Source of the DNA: Camelus dromedarius
Taxonomy: Eukaryota
Assembly: GCF_036321535.1 (NCBI RefSeq)
Contig: NC_087447.1
Span: 33,110,001 to 33,174,000, forward strand
DNA length: 64,000 bases
Reading direction: 5' to 3'
Part shown: positions 36,050 through 48,430 of the stretch, piece after piece
How the letters are laid out: every line of letters starts with the position of its first letter
Position numbering within the stretch: position 1 is the stretch's first letter
Position numbers and translations under genes: made by a program
Notes under the pieces: model-generated
Seen by the model: the letters and a program-made list of their open reading frames with translations, nothing else
What the model was told of the DNA's origin: nothing
Databases searched by the model: none

Positions 36050-38550
36050 GAACAAAGAGGGTGATGCTGAAGAGGAAGTCCCAGCTAGGACAGTGGGGCA
36101 GATGAGTTTCCTCCAGGAATTTTCAAGGGAGCAGCACTGGTCACAGGGAATGTTGATGGGCACAGGGTGAGTAGGAAAGGGGTTTACTCTCAGGACCCTG
36201 TGTGAGGGCGTTGAGCAGTTCAGCTCCCGCTTTTCATACAGCCCATTTTCACAGGGTGCAGCATGTAACCACTGGCTGACGCCTGATGTATAGTAATATG
36301 GTTATATGTTCAAATGGCGGCAGCGTCCTTAATCCATAAGTTCTGGGGTGGAGGTGGGGGAATAGATCTCACACTATAAAATGGACTGAAAGATGGCAAG
36401 TTAGAAATTCAGATTTCACGGGTAACTAGACTCTCCTCTCATCACCAGTAAGTTTAAATGTTCCACTACATGACTCTTCTGTAAATAAACAGTATGACAA
36501 AGTGTATGCCCTTCATTCCCATTAACATCTGCTTCTATAACTTCTTAGAAATTTTAAGAAGAAAAATCAAGTAGGGTTATTTAAGTCGTAAAAGGTTATA
36601 AAAACTAGAGCTGAAATCCCAGCTAGAAACCTCAAAGAAAATCACACTAATTGAACAAAACTAAAAGTTAATGTAGTCTGTTAAGTGAACTGTTAGGTCA
36701 GTGTGGCAATCAATGGAAATATCTATCCACATTAGTTTTTAATTCTAAATTTCCTAACAGGGGCCAGTAATGAGAGGGGTTCAATTCCACAAAGTGGAGC
36801 CATTTCAGTCACCCACATGCAACTTATGCAAAGTACACACATACATATGACTCCTGATGTAATACCTTGGGTTCCTCCCAAGTAAAGTTCTCTTCAGGCC
36901 TTAAGACTAACCCCAACTGTCAGCGAGAGATGTGCACAAGTTAGGAAGCAGTGAGAAGGGAGGAGGAGGTTTACGAGGACACAGCTTTAGTCTGCGCACA
37001 AGTCATCTCCAGCATACTCCAAAAACAGCATCCCCCTGCGGATGTCCGATGAAATTTACAGACCTAACAAGCACCGAGTATATGCAGGTGCAACATCAGA
37101 CGATGTTAGGGACACACACACAAAGTCCAAGCCTACAGGCTTAGACACCAAGAGTTTTCAATCGCCTTATTTAAATCCATTTAATAAATAATTATTAGCA
37201 TCTGCATTGGGAATACAAATGAGCAGATATGGTCTCTGCTCACATGAACATTTTAATAGAAGCCACCAGATGCTTTATCCCTGTCACTCAAAAAAAAAAA
37301 AAATTCAGGACCATCAAATGAAATGACTTCTCATCGGAAATTTTCTAGTGTTTGGTAACTTTGTAGAAGTGCAACTCAAAACTATCCAGCACCTCTGGGA
37401 CACAAAGTTCCTGAAACACTTCTTTTTTAGATTTACTTACAGGAAGACTTGTTTTCCTCTATAAAGATATTTTTTTCTCTTATTTAAATGCTGCTTTATT
37501 GCCTCGTGGCTATGCCAAAGATGTTGACTGGCTCTAAAATGCAAACACACTTTCAAGTATTTATTGATTCGATTTTTTCAAGACTTCTATAACAAAATGC
37601 CTTTGACTTATGCAGCTTCCTCTGTTGTGTCTGCATTCAGACCCAGTCCTTCTCTAGTTCTTGAAGAATGACCCACCCCTCCCCACCCCCCATTTACCGT
37701 GTAACATCAGGAGACACATCCACCCTATTTCTGATTGACTGGAGAATATTAAAACTACATGGCATTTCAAATTATGTTTTCGGTTTCCAACCTCTTTGAA
37801 AAGGCAGATCAATGAACTATTTGCAACATGAAAAAATCACTCCATGTATCTATCCAGTTTTAACTTGTGCATTTTCACGTATTAGTAGCCAAAGAATCAG
37901 ACTTTTCCCCATTATTTCATGTTTAGGAGAGATGACAAAAAATAAACTGTCAAGGGTAGGCATTAGAGTCATATTCATTCTAATTGTTTAAATATTACAA
38001 ATGACTATCACTCCTCAGTGATAAATGGTTTAAAAACAGAGACTGAAAGTCCTGCAAAACCCTTAACAAATTCCTAGGTGTCCACTTTGCTCTCTCTCTT
38101 TGGACTGGAAAATGGGTGAGTACCTTTTGTGATACATTTGCCCAAAGAGGTAACTGTAATAGCTCAAATTCTAGGCCTGATGTAACCCCTGCTGACTAGA
38201 CATAATTACTGAGCCATCAAAGTGTGACCCTGCCCCCTTCTTTGGCATTCTTTTTAAGTGTCTGAGACAATTCTGGTACAGAATCTAAGGAAACCACTAC
38301 TTCATAAAACCTCCACAGGAAACATCCATGTTTAAAATCTGTCACTACAAAGTGTGCCCTTCAACTGTGACCATGCATCTACGAAAAATTTAGAACATGG
38401 AAATGGCACCTCCAGAACAGTACACGTTGCTATGTCTTGTTGAATACAGCGGCAGTGATAACCAACTACAGTAACTGTCTCATGTTCACTTTTCATTCCA
38501 TACACACACAGACACACGTTCAATGTACTCCTGACCTCAATAAGAGAAGC

Positions 38551-38769
38551 CAGTTGACCCTTGAACAACACAGGTTTGAATTGCACGGGTCCAGTTACAC
38601 GTGGAATTTTTTCACAAAATCTATGCTACAAACTACACGATCTATGGTTGGTTGCATCCGCAGATACAGAGGAACCATGGAGACAAGAGCCAATTATAAA
38701 TTCTAAGTGGATTTTCGACTATGCAGAGGGCCGGCACCCCTGACTCCCTTGTTGTTCAAAGGTCAACTG
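38551..38769. mobile_element. Tigger2-derived MITE (MER8/Tigger2a-like)
   Basis: TIRs cagttgacccttgaacaac / gttgttcaaaggtcaactg, followed by TA. Confidence 0.9.
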
Positions 38770-39599
38770 TACTTGAAAAAGCAATCAGGACAAATAAGTC
38801 TTAATTTTATCTGCCCGAAAATACCTATTCAATTGTGCATTCAATCAAAATGTACCATAAATATTTGTGAACTGTTTAATCATTAGCCAGCAGTGCAACG
38901 AGAACTTTGCCATTCCACTTACTGAAAATTAATACCCCTTTAAAAACACTCAAAATGTGTGAGTGGAGGTAGGATAATTACATCCCGGCCAAATAGATGA
39001 TTCTTCCACTTCATCCTCAGTTGAATTAAATAAGTATCAGTGTGTTTACATTCAGATATTATGAGCAAAGGCTGCAATTAAAAGATAATTTGGAATAAAG
39101 AACCATAATAATTGCCACATAAACAGGAAATGCACAATATAGTATATCTAAAAGAAAAAAATATTATTTATTACCAATCAATGGAATTAATATCACCTAT
39201 TACTCCAACACTATTTCCTGAAATCAAATGGTGTCTCATATTTAAAATTTTGTCTTTTTTCATCTATCTTTGACATACCTCTTAAGACCATATGGAATGT
39301 GTAAGTTGAATTCCAACAAGTTATATTTGAATAGTACTTTAGTTTAAAAAATTAAAGTTACGGCAATTTCATTTGCTTCTCACATGGATTCTCTAAGAAA
39401 GGCAAGAAATTCCTATTGTCCTCATTTTGCCTGAGACATAACTCAGGTCTCCTGACTTCTAGTCCAAAGACTGAGCATCACCAAGAGTAGGTACCAGCGC
39501 CCCGCATCGGCACTTGTATCCTAAACCACGGTAAAAAGGACAGTACTGTTATAACATCATTTTACAAAATGAGGAACTGAAGCACAAAGAAATCAAGGG

Positions 39600-40133
39600 C
39601 GTTTAGTTTCCTACTGCTGCTGTTACAAATTACCAACAACTTAGTGGCTTATAACAATACAAATTTATTGTCTTTCAATTGTGGAGGTTAAATGTCCAAA
39701 ATGGGTCTCACCGGGGTGAAATCAAGGTATGAATAAGTCTATGTTCCCTTTGTGTTGTGGACGGGGCTGCAGGGTAGGGGGGGAGGTTCTAGAGAAGAAT
39801 GTTTCCTTGCCTTTTCCAGCTTCTAGAGCTGCATGAATTTCTTGGCCCACAGTCTCATTCATTCAGCTTCAAAACCAGCAACGTCCAGCTAACTCCTTCT
39901 CATGATGCCACCTGTCTAGTTCTCTCTCTTTCACTTCCCTCTTCCGTCGACAAAGACCCTTGTGATTACACTGGGCCAACCCAGAAAAGCTAGGATAATG
40001 AAGTCATCTCAAAGCCAGTTGACTAGCAACCTTAATTCCATCTGCAACCTTAACTTGCCTTTGTTTTTTAACCTAGCATATTAACATGTTCCAGGGAGTA
40101 GGACGTGGATACCTTCACATTCTGCCTACCACA
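39600..40133 (-). mobile_element. MaLR LTR (MLT1D-like) inserted into a MIR
   Basis: tagtttcctactgctgctgttacaaattaccaacaacttagtggctt...attctgcctaccaca. MIR sequence flanks both sides (39550-39599, 40134-40230). Confidence 0.85.
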
Positions 40134-41399
40134 GTGACAGACGCTGGGAAGTGGCACAGCCAGGGCTTAAACATGAGCTTGTTTGACCCCAAAGCCCACC
40201 CACGCTCTCAAACCACTCTCTTATATTGCTCCCTGAGAGTACGCCCCATATGACATGCAACGTCTTTCCTGCCGGGGAGGCAGAAAGACCATCACTGTTG
40301 TGTTCTCTCTTCCACTGTCCACCTGAAGTGCTGAGGCTTGGGAAACTAAAGCAACATAACAGTAAGAGTTGACAATTTGGTTATCATCTCTTCCTCTAGC
40401 CCCTGGGAAGGTTTGAGAAACATTTGACTCCTGGCTGCACTTTCTGCAATATTGAGTGAGGAAACACCATCTTTAGAGATAAATGAGGGTCTCACTAGGT
40501 TTGCCACGTACCAACTTCCAACCAGGGTTGTCTGGGACCATGCTGGATTTGGTAGTCAGAATATCTAGGCACACACGTCAGCAGTTGCACTCCAGAGTGG
40601 GAAGCACCACTCCCCTCCAGGTAGCAGGTGACTTTCAAGATTTTTAAGCTTAAAGATCATAGACCCTGTAGCTTCTCTATGACCATGTGACCAGACTAGG
40701 GTCAGTCCCCATACCTTGAAACCAAAACAAATCCCATGCCAGGACGGGACGTCAGAAGCTGTGTCTGGGTGGCTGATGCCTCTGATGCTACTGGTTGTCC
40801 ACATGGCTGTATTCCTTGTTCTACATCCTTTCTTAAAGCTAAGTAAACTTGCTGCTGGGGGAAACTATCATGTCCTGTCAATTTGATTGACAACAACACA
40901 ACGGGAAGCAAGACCTGTTGTCTTGTTTAACCAGTGACGGAGCATCTTCCCACAATCTGCACAAGAGCCTTTCCTGGGACACCAGTTTCAACACTGCTAA
41001 ATTTTACAAGCACATATCTAGATTAAACTCAAACAACAAGAAGAAGTCGTCTTTCTTTTTCTGGTAATAGTTACAACATTCTGTGCTGCTACACATTACA
41101 TCCAGAAGATGCTGACCATAACCAAGGCAAACTTATTAAGAATTAAAATATATCTGTATCCCAAATAATGTGTTTCTCTTACAATGCCAGAAGCACTCTA
41201 AAAAGTAAAATACAAACAAAATACTGATAGAACACCAAAAAACTGTTGTAAAGCAATTTGTTTCAACTAAACTTAAGAAAGGTGGTACTAGGAAATTAGT
41301 ATAGTCCAATGGACTGAGTAGACATTCTTGTTATTACACATGATATGGCTTGGCTGCAGTATCAAATTTGCTGCAGCCAGGTTATAATGTCTTTCTGAT

Positions 41400-42040
41400 T
41401 TTTGTATTTAATGCAGTAGCATGCCACAGAGAATTTATAATGTGTGTTAAATGAACAAAGATACTAAACGTAAGCTTCTTAATAACTGCTAAGTAGTTAT
41501 AAAATAAACAAGGTTAGGAATAAACAACTGGAGCAATGATGTTCCAATCTTTATGAGCAATATGACAATATCAAGGCAAGGTAAAGACACACATAGCAGG
41601 AGACATATACCAGGGTATTAATTCCAGCATTACTTGTCGTTGTAAAAACTAGTGAACAGGAAAAAGAATAAGTAAATTGTGGATAATTCATCCAATGGAT
41701 GCAAATAGTAACTGAATATACACAGCATGGTATCATTTTTATGAACTTAAGAACATGCCAAAGAATACTACATATTGTTGATGGAAATACAGGCAGACAA
41801 TAGTAATATAGAAACATGCATGGACGTTAAGTATCAAATTCAAAAGAAAGAAGATCAATGAGTTCCAAGAGAAGTCTACAAGCAATTTAATGCTACCTAT
41901 AGCTTCTTAAAGAAAGTATATACAGCAAGATAGCAGCAGGCTAAAATTCAATAGGATTCAAAGTCAGGTGCAAGATTGTTCATTACATTATAGAGTTTTC
42001 TGTTTGTTTGTAATAGCTCATGAACATACTAAAAATATAT
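41400..42040 (+). mobile_element. Old L1M 3' fragment
   Basis: aagtaaattgtggataattcatccaatggatg...aagattgttcattacattatagagttttctgtttgtttg. Confidence 0.55.
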
Positions 42041-43677
42041 ACTTAGGGGTCACAAAAAGATTAGGCTGGAAATAGCCAAGAATCAGAAATAGTCAAGGTC
42101 AGAAGGCCAAGATCACACAGCCAGAGGTCTCTGAGCAGGTAAGTGAAAATTGTGAAATTTAAATCTAGTTTTGCTAATTTGCAATCTGTTCTCTGTTCCT
42201 GTGCCTTCCAGTATATATTATGCTTTGCTTTCATTTCTGGTTCTAGTTTTAATGAGGGGGAAAAAAATCCCAGTTCAGTAGTAGTTCCTCCCCAGTTCTC
42301 AATAGTACCCTTTGTAGCCTTAAGGGCTGTAAATTTCAAGACTACAAGAATAAGTAAAGGTGAAAGAAAAAAGCTTCAGGGCCACCTGAAGTCTTTACAT
42401 GTCTGAGCTGTAAGGAATCATTTGGCCGAAATTGCCAACACATAAACCTACTATGGAAGCCAAACACATTGCAGACTTGCGGATTAAGGGCTGGGGTGCA
42501 GTTTCTCTTAATGGAGATGACAGCCATCTGCCTCACCCCTCAAATGTCAGTCTGAATTTCTACCAGAATCGTGACAAGTGTCCCAGAAGCAGTGTCTGAG
42601 GAAGAAACACTGTCCACTTCTTTCCCCAAAATGATACTGCTTAGAAAAGAACAGAATCGAAAAATAATAGTCATTTATTCCTCGATCCCTTGTGTGATTT
42701 TTACCGTTACCTTTGGTGTTCCTCCCCTACGGGGTGACACAGCCCTTTCCATAAACTGCAGAATGCGGATCAGCTCCAGAGGAAGGGAAGGGGGACTGCC
42801 ATTCATTGAGCTCTTCTGCCAGATGTTCGCTTAGCTCAGTCTCACAATCATCCTTTGAGGCAGGTGTTGTCCATCCCCACATACAGAGAAGCAGCTGGGG
42901 TTCCCCAGGTTAGATAACACATCCAAGCTCACGCATTTAGGCAGGTGCAAGAAATCAACCCAAAGTCTGGGTCTTCCTGATACACAGGACTTCTGAAAGT
43001 CCATAACTGTTGGCCCGTGATGTCCTTTCTCAGGTCCTCAGGTTTTTCATCTGAAAACTGGGTAAATTGGAGTAGACTATCTCGAACATTCTATGACTCT
43101 GAATAAAGCATCCCTGGTGCAGACACAGGTACAATTCAGACAGACAACTTGGAGAGATGAGGTTAGACCAGAGCCTGTGACAAGGAAGAGACACGACACT
43201 CTGTATCAGAGACACTGCATGAAATTTAAAAGTAAGTAGGAATAAACCTGAAAGGAAAGTACTCACTGCTCAAGAGCCAGTCTGCTCTTTGAGACAGGCC
43301 AAGTCATCATGGATGAATTTTCCATCTGACATGTTACTTTGATTGTATGTCTTTCCAGGCACAGAAACCTCCCAAATCAAACCTCACCAGCAGAAAATTC
43401 ACTATCATCTTCCATCCTTCTTTAACCAGCTACACTGACAACCAGAAGGAAAAACGGTTGGTCTCCCGGACGTGCACCTTTCAGCTTTGCTGACTCTTCC
43501 CTGTACATGCTCTCGCTCTCTCTCCATGAAGCCATGTCACCTCTGCCCCCAAAGACCAGTGCCAGGCTCATACCTTCTGTAAAGTCTCCCTTGACAAACT
43601 CCAGTAGGATCTAGTGATTTCAATTTTTTTCAGATTTCTCTTGTCTTTTGGATGCAAGAGGAAGAGAAAGTGAGACT

Positions 43678-44205
43678 CTTATTTTTTTAATTTATTCTTT
43701 ATTGAAATATAGTTGGTCCACAATGTTGTGTTAATTTCTGGTGTACAGCACAGATTTTGTGTGTGTGTGTATACATACATATATATACACACATACATAT
43801 GTGTGTGTGTATCTGAATGTATATATTCCTTTTCATATTCTTTTTCATTATAGGCTATTACAAGGTATTGAATATAGATAGTTCCCTGTGTTACATAGTA
43901 GGGCATTGCTGTTTATCTATTTTATATATAGTAGTACGTATCTGCAAATCCCAAACTCCCAAATTATCCCTCCACCCTTCCCTTTCCCCTCAGTAACCAT
44001 TAGTTTGTTTTCTATGCCTGTGAGTCTGTTTCTGTTTTGTAAATAAGCTCATATGTATCTTTTTTTAGATTCCACATATAAGTGCTATGATATGGTATTT
44101 TTCTTTCTCTTTCTGACTTACTTCCCTTAGTATAACAATCTCCAGGTCCATCCATGTTGCTGCAAATGGCATTATTTTATTCTTTTTTATGGCTGAGTAG
44201 TATTC

Positions 44206-44243
<38 letters not shown>

Positions 44244-44245
44244 AC
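43678..44245 (-). mobile_element. 5'-truncated L1 3'UTR with perfect 16-bp TSD
   Basis: ttattgaaatatagttg...ttctggtgtacagca...ttttagattccacatataagtg...ccatgttgctgcaaatggc. TSD aagagaaagtgagact at 43662-43677 and 44246-44261. Confidence 0.92.
44207..44241. repeat. (TG)n microsatellite at the L1 truncation point
   Basis: Directly visible. Confidence 0.9.
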
Positions 44246-44999
44246 AAGAGAAAGTGAGACTTTTAAATTTGCTTCTATTATGTGACAGACATTCTGATAA
44301 ACCTCAATTAAGGTAATCACATGAAGTCACACTTAATCCAGTCAATCTATTATTATTCTTAGGTTCACTGATGACAAAACTGAAACCAGGTAAAATTAAA
44401 GTGACGTGCCTAAGGTCACACATTTGGAAAACCAGAACTGACAACCAAATCAACCTGGATCTAAACCCCAAACCAAAGCATTTCTGCTCAAAGAATAGAT
44501 TACAAGTGTGTAGAAATGTGCATCTTTGTTTATTTTTTCCTCTTCTCCTAAGCAGTGTCAAACAATTCCACTGTTTATTCATAATTTTCTGTTTCTAAAA
44601 TGTTAGGTCTCCCCAGTGCCAGCAAGGCTTGAGTTGCTGGATGCCCAAGTGATATTAAAATGCAACGTATCACCCTCCAGAAAACAACATTAATGTTGAC
44701 CAAGGCTATCGGACATTAAACACACTGTCCTCTCCTTGAAGCCAATCATACTACATCAGCACACAAGACATTTTGCAGCTCTGGTTGCCACAGTTCAAAA
44801 GAGACTCAACAAGACTTGGAAAAAGTCCAAGGATGAGCAATTAAAACATCTAAGAGTTGGAAAAGGCTGTCTTAGAAGAACAAACTAAAATCAATCATGA
44901 CCCTTAAGTTTACCAAGATAAAGACTGAGAACTGATGGATTCAGAGTCTGTAAAAACATCTTGGGATAAATAGTGTACACATGCACATGCTCACTGTCA

Positions 45000-45490
45000 C
45001 TGACATTTGCTATTTTTTGGTCCATCCAGCATCCACTTCCTTTCCCCAAGTGTATCTGGGGTTCCGTATGGGTGGCTTCCTGTCCTTCACTACCTGTGTG
45101 TGTACTGTGATGGAAGAGTAATTCCAGAAACATCCCCTGGTACTGCATGATCTGAGGCAATCGGGCCTTCCTTTCAACATGCCCCATAAAGCCAAGGGGA
45201 AATCATGTGACTTAATCTCAGCCCATCAGACTCCTCTTCTTCAACTTCAAACTTTGAGAGAGAAATAACAGGGCAGAAGGAGGGGTGGTTAGGTGTGTCC
45301 ATTCAATCATTCTTACTATGAGACTGTCCCTTTCTTCCTGTATCCTGGCCACCAGGAACCTCCAGGATCCCAGTCTTTTTCTACATGACTTTCTCCCATC
45401 CTACCAAGTAAGGCTATGAGTTCCTGATATTCCTGCAAGAAGTCCCTTCTGTTTAAGTTGGAGTCAGTTTCAGATATTTCTAAGAAATAG
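45000..45490 (+). mobile_element. Old ERVL/MaLR-type LTR fragment
   Basis: ttttttggtccatccagcatccacttcc...catgtgacttaatctcagcccatcag...cccttctgtttaagttggagtcagtttc. Confidence 0.45.
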
Positions 45491-47534
45491 ACACACTTAT
45501 CAAAGCCCAGATATGATGCTACAAGGCAACTCGTTTTTCGTAAGTGACAGTAAGCGAGAAGCACGTTAAAAGCTAGAAGGGAAGAAACTGATGCATGCCA
45601 GACCCGGCACCGAGACCTTCACAGCTGCAACTGCTTCTGAGGATCAGAACAACGCGGGGAGGTGGGAAGCAGGATCCTGATTTCACAGACTGAAACTGAG
45701 GTTCAGGAAGGTTGGTAAGAACTCCAAGAGCCTGGAATAAAATACAAGTATATCCTTGTCAAATTACAAAGAGTTGTAAATTGAAACGGGTGATATTTGG
45801 GCTGTCCGTTTACAATCTTAGTGGACATCTAGAGAGAAAACATTCTTTTACAACAGCCCTGGGCAATCCTGTCAGATCCAAGCCCTCAGGACGGATGGGC
45901 AGATAGATGGATGGACTAAAAGAAGACAGACCACTGGTCTGGCTCAAGAGAAGACAATTCTTATGTGATTAACTCTTAAAGCACAAGCAATGACTGATGC
46001 TCATACAAAAACAGGAAAAAAAATGCTATAGGAGGTTTCCATTTGAAGATGTAACATGTACTTACTTTGTATTTGTTAACATTATATTAAAAAGTAAAGA
46101 AATTCAGTCACTACACTACTAAATGGCTTCAAACCTTCCATCTCAACAATTAGAACCTAAAGCAAAAAATCTACATGACTTAGAAAACACATAATTTCAC
46201 ATCCATCAAAACTCATCATTAGGACTGGTGGCCTTCATTTTGAAAAATCATGAATTAAGTCACTTTGTAGAGAAACTAATACTCTTTTGGGGCATGGCAT
46301 GTGGGTTTTTTTGTTTTGTTTTGTTTTGTTTTAGAGGTACTGGCACAGGTCTTGAAAAGTGAGGGTTTCTTCTCAGCTGACTCATTTGAAACAATACACG
46401 TTTACCATGCCAAGGAAAATAAGGCAAGGGAAGAGGCTGCAGGAATGAGGGGGAACATGTGGGATGTTGATTAAGACCAACTTCTCTTCATTCTGCAACA
46501 GTGAAAACTGAAAGCAAATAAAACAAAGTGACTCAGCCAAGCTCACACAGCAGTTCCTGGCCAACGTGGGGCTCAGGCCCGAGCATCCTGGTCTAGGAAG
46601 GTGCTACTGCCCACAGTACCACACGGCCCAAGCTCAGCTTGGAAACCGTACTGTGGGCCAACAGGGAAGAAAGCACAGAAAATTATTCTTTGAGGATTTG
46701 TATTCTAAAATAAGAATCACAGTAACAGAAATGCAGGTGTTTTTCTTCTTTTGTTTCAGACTTAACGGAATTATTCCATCACATTTTTGTTGTTGTTCAA
46801 AGGCATGACTGATCTCCTACTCCTGCTCAATCTGGCGCCAGGAACCTGGCTCTAATCACATTATTAAAATGAAAGAAGAGCTGTCGGGTCAGTGTTGTTC
46901 CCATCAGCGACATCCATTATCCTCTGACAGGCAACATGGGGGATCAGGATGCTGCCACCCAACTGGGAAGCATCCCTGAAATAGGAATGAAAATCTAAAA
47001 CTGCCTTTTCACAGGCCATGGCCCTGCTGACGGAGAGCCATCAAACAGGTCCGTGCCTCTGTTTCCTTAATTAACGATCATCTCGCCGGGGGGAGAAAGA
47101 GTGGATATTGCCTCCATCTTTGTAAAGTCTTCTGCAAACACTGGAGCTCTCCTGAGCATTCACAGGGCTACCACAAGCCATTCCCCTGCATAATAATATG
47201 CCTGTGCTTTGCTTGTTCAGCTGACCCCATAACATATGCTCTGAAACCTGTAAGATGGTTTGTAAAAGAGAGATCTAGACTCACATCTTTCTGACATCAT
47301 GTCACCAATCATCATTTATTAGGCACCTACTACATGCATCGTCCTGGGCTGGCCCTTGCAAAAGGTCTAAGCCAGGCACTGTTAGAGACGATCTGTAATT
47401 TAATAGGAGAGGCAGATCATATTCATAAAAGGTATGTTAATATTTCACTGTACTGAGGTAACCAAACAAGATTCCCAAATAGCACGCTTTTTTTTTCCCC
47501 CTGAATCTTAAACAGATTTCTCTATTTGAAAATT

Positions 47535-48180
47535 GTGCTCTGAGTCAAACCCAACTCTGCTTTGTGCTGTTGGGACTGGGACACCATCCCCTTGCCAGCT
47601 GCGTCTTGTTAGGCCCTGCCCACAAGGATGCAGGAAGGGAACGGCAAGATTCCAGAATGAAGAAGGGACTTCATCCTTCTTGCCTGTTTTCATTATGATC
47701 CCTTCCTGTCTGCATCATCCCAGCAACGACTCTTCAATTCAACAGCAGCAGTATTCTGTTGGCTCCAGTCTGCAATTTTTCCAACACTTGAAGAGCCATT
47801 GCCATGGCATCCTCAGGTATCAACACCAGCTGGCCAGCACCTCCGCCCTGGACATCCATGGACCAAACCCGTGATACCACATCTCCCCTGTTAGAGACAC
47901 TAGCACCAGCTAAGCCATGCCCCCTCCTCAGGTATCTGAGCTTCACCTCTGTGAAGTCCCTTCTCTTAGCTTCTGAAATATTAGTAATTCCAACCCCCTC
48001 CTTTGGTCCTCACAGCCCAAGGTGGTAGCTGCTTCCAAAAGATGCTTTATCGGTGGTACCTTAATGTTCTATCTTTGCCATTTTAGTTCTTTAATATACA
48101 GATATAATTCACCATATTAAGTCCCTCTTTTAATATAGATGGTACGGTTTCTGTCTCTTCAGTGGACCCTGACTGACTGT
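47535..48180 (+). mobile_element. LTR33-like (ERVL) LTR
   Basis: ctctgctttgtgctgttgggactggg...ccccttgccagctg...ends ggtttctgtctcttcagtggaccctgactgac. Confidence 0.55.
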
Positions 48181-48199
48181 AAAGTTGAGTAGAGCCAAT

Positions 48200-48430
48200 T
48201 TCCTTAAGAGCCCAGACCCTGGAGTCGGCCAGGGTTTAAGTCTCAGCTCCTCCATTTGGTATTTGTGTGAAGTTAGTTGGGAAGTTAGTTCACGTCTCTG
48301 TCTCTACGTTTTCATCCGCTCACGTGGGATAATGGTAGTACCTATGTTGTAAGGTTGTTGTGAGAATTAAATGAGTCAATATACGTCAAGTATTAGAATA
48401 ATACCTAACCCACAGAAGCACTATTAAAAA
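48200..48430 (+). mobile_element. MIR SINE
   Basis: ttaagagcccagaccctggagtc...gggataatggtagtacctat...ggttgttgtgagaattaaatgagt. Confidence 0.8.

Noticed and set aside
46300..46350. (TTTTG)n followed by agaggtactgg, a possible 3' remnant of a vic-1-like SINE
   Set aside because: Only ~10 nt of non-tail similarity and no convincing TSD; too short to call.
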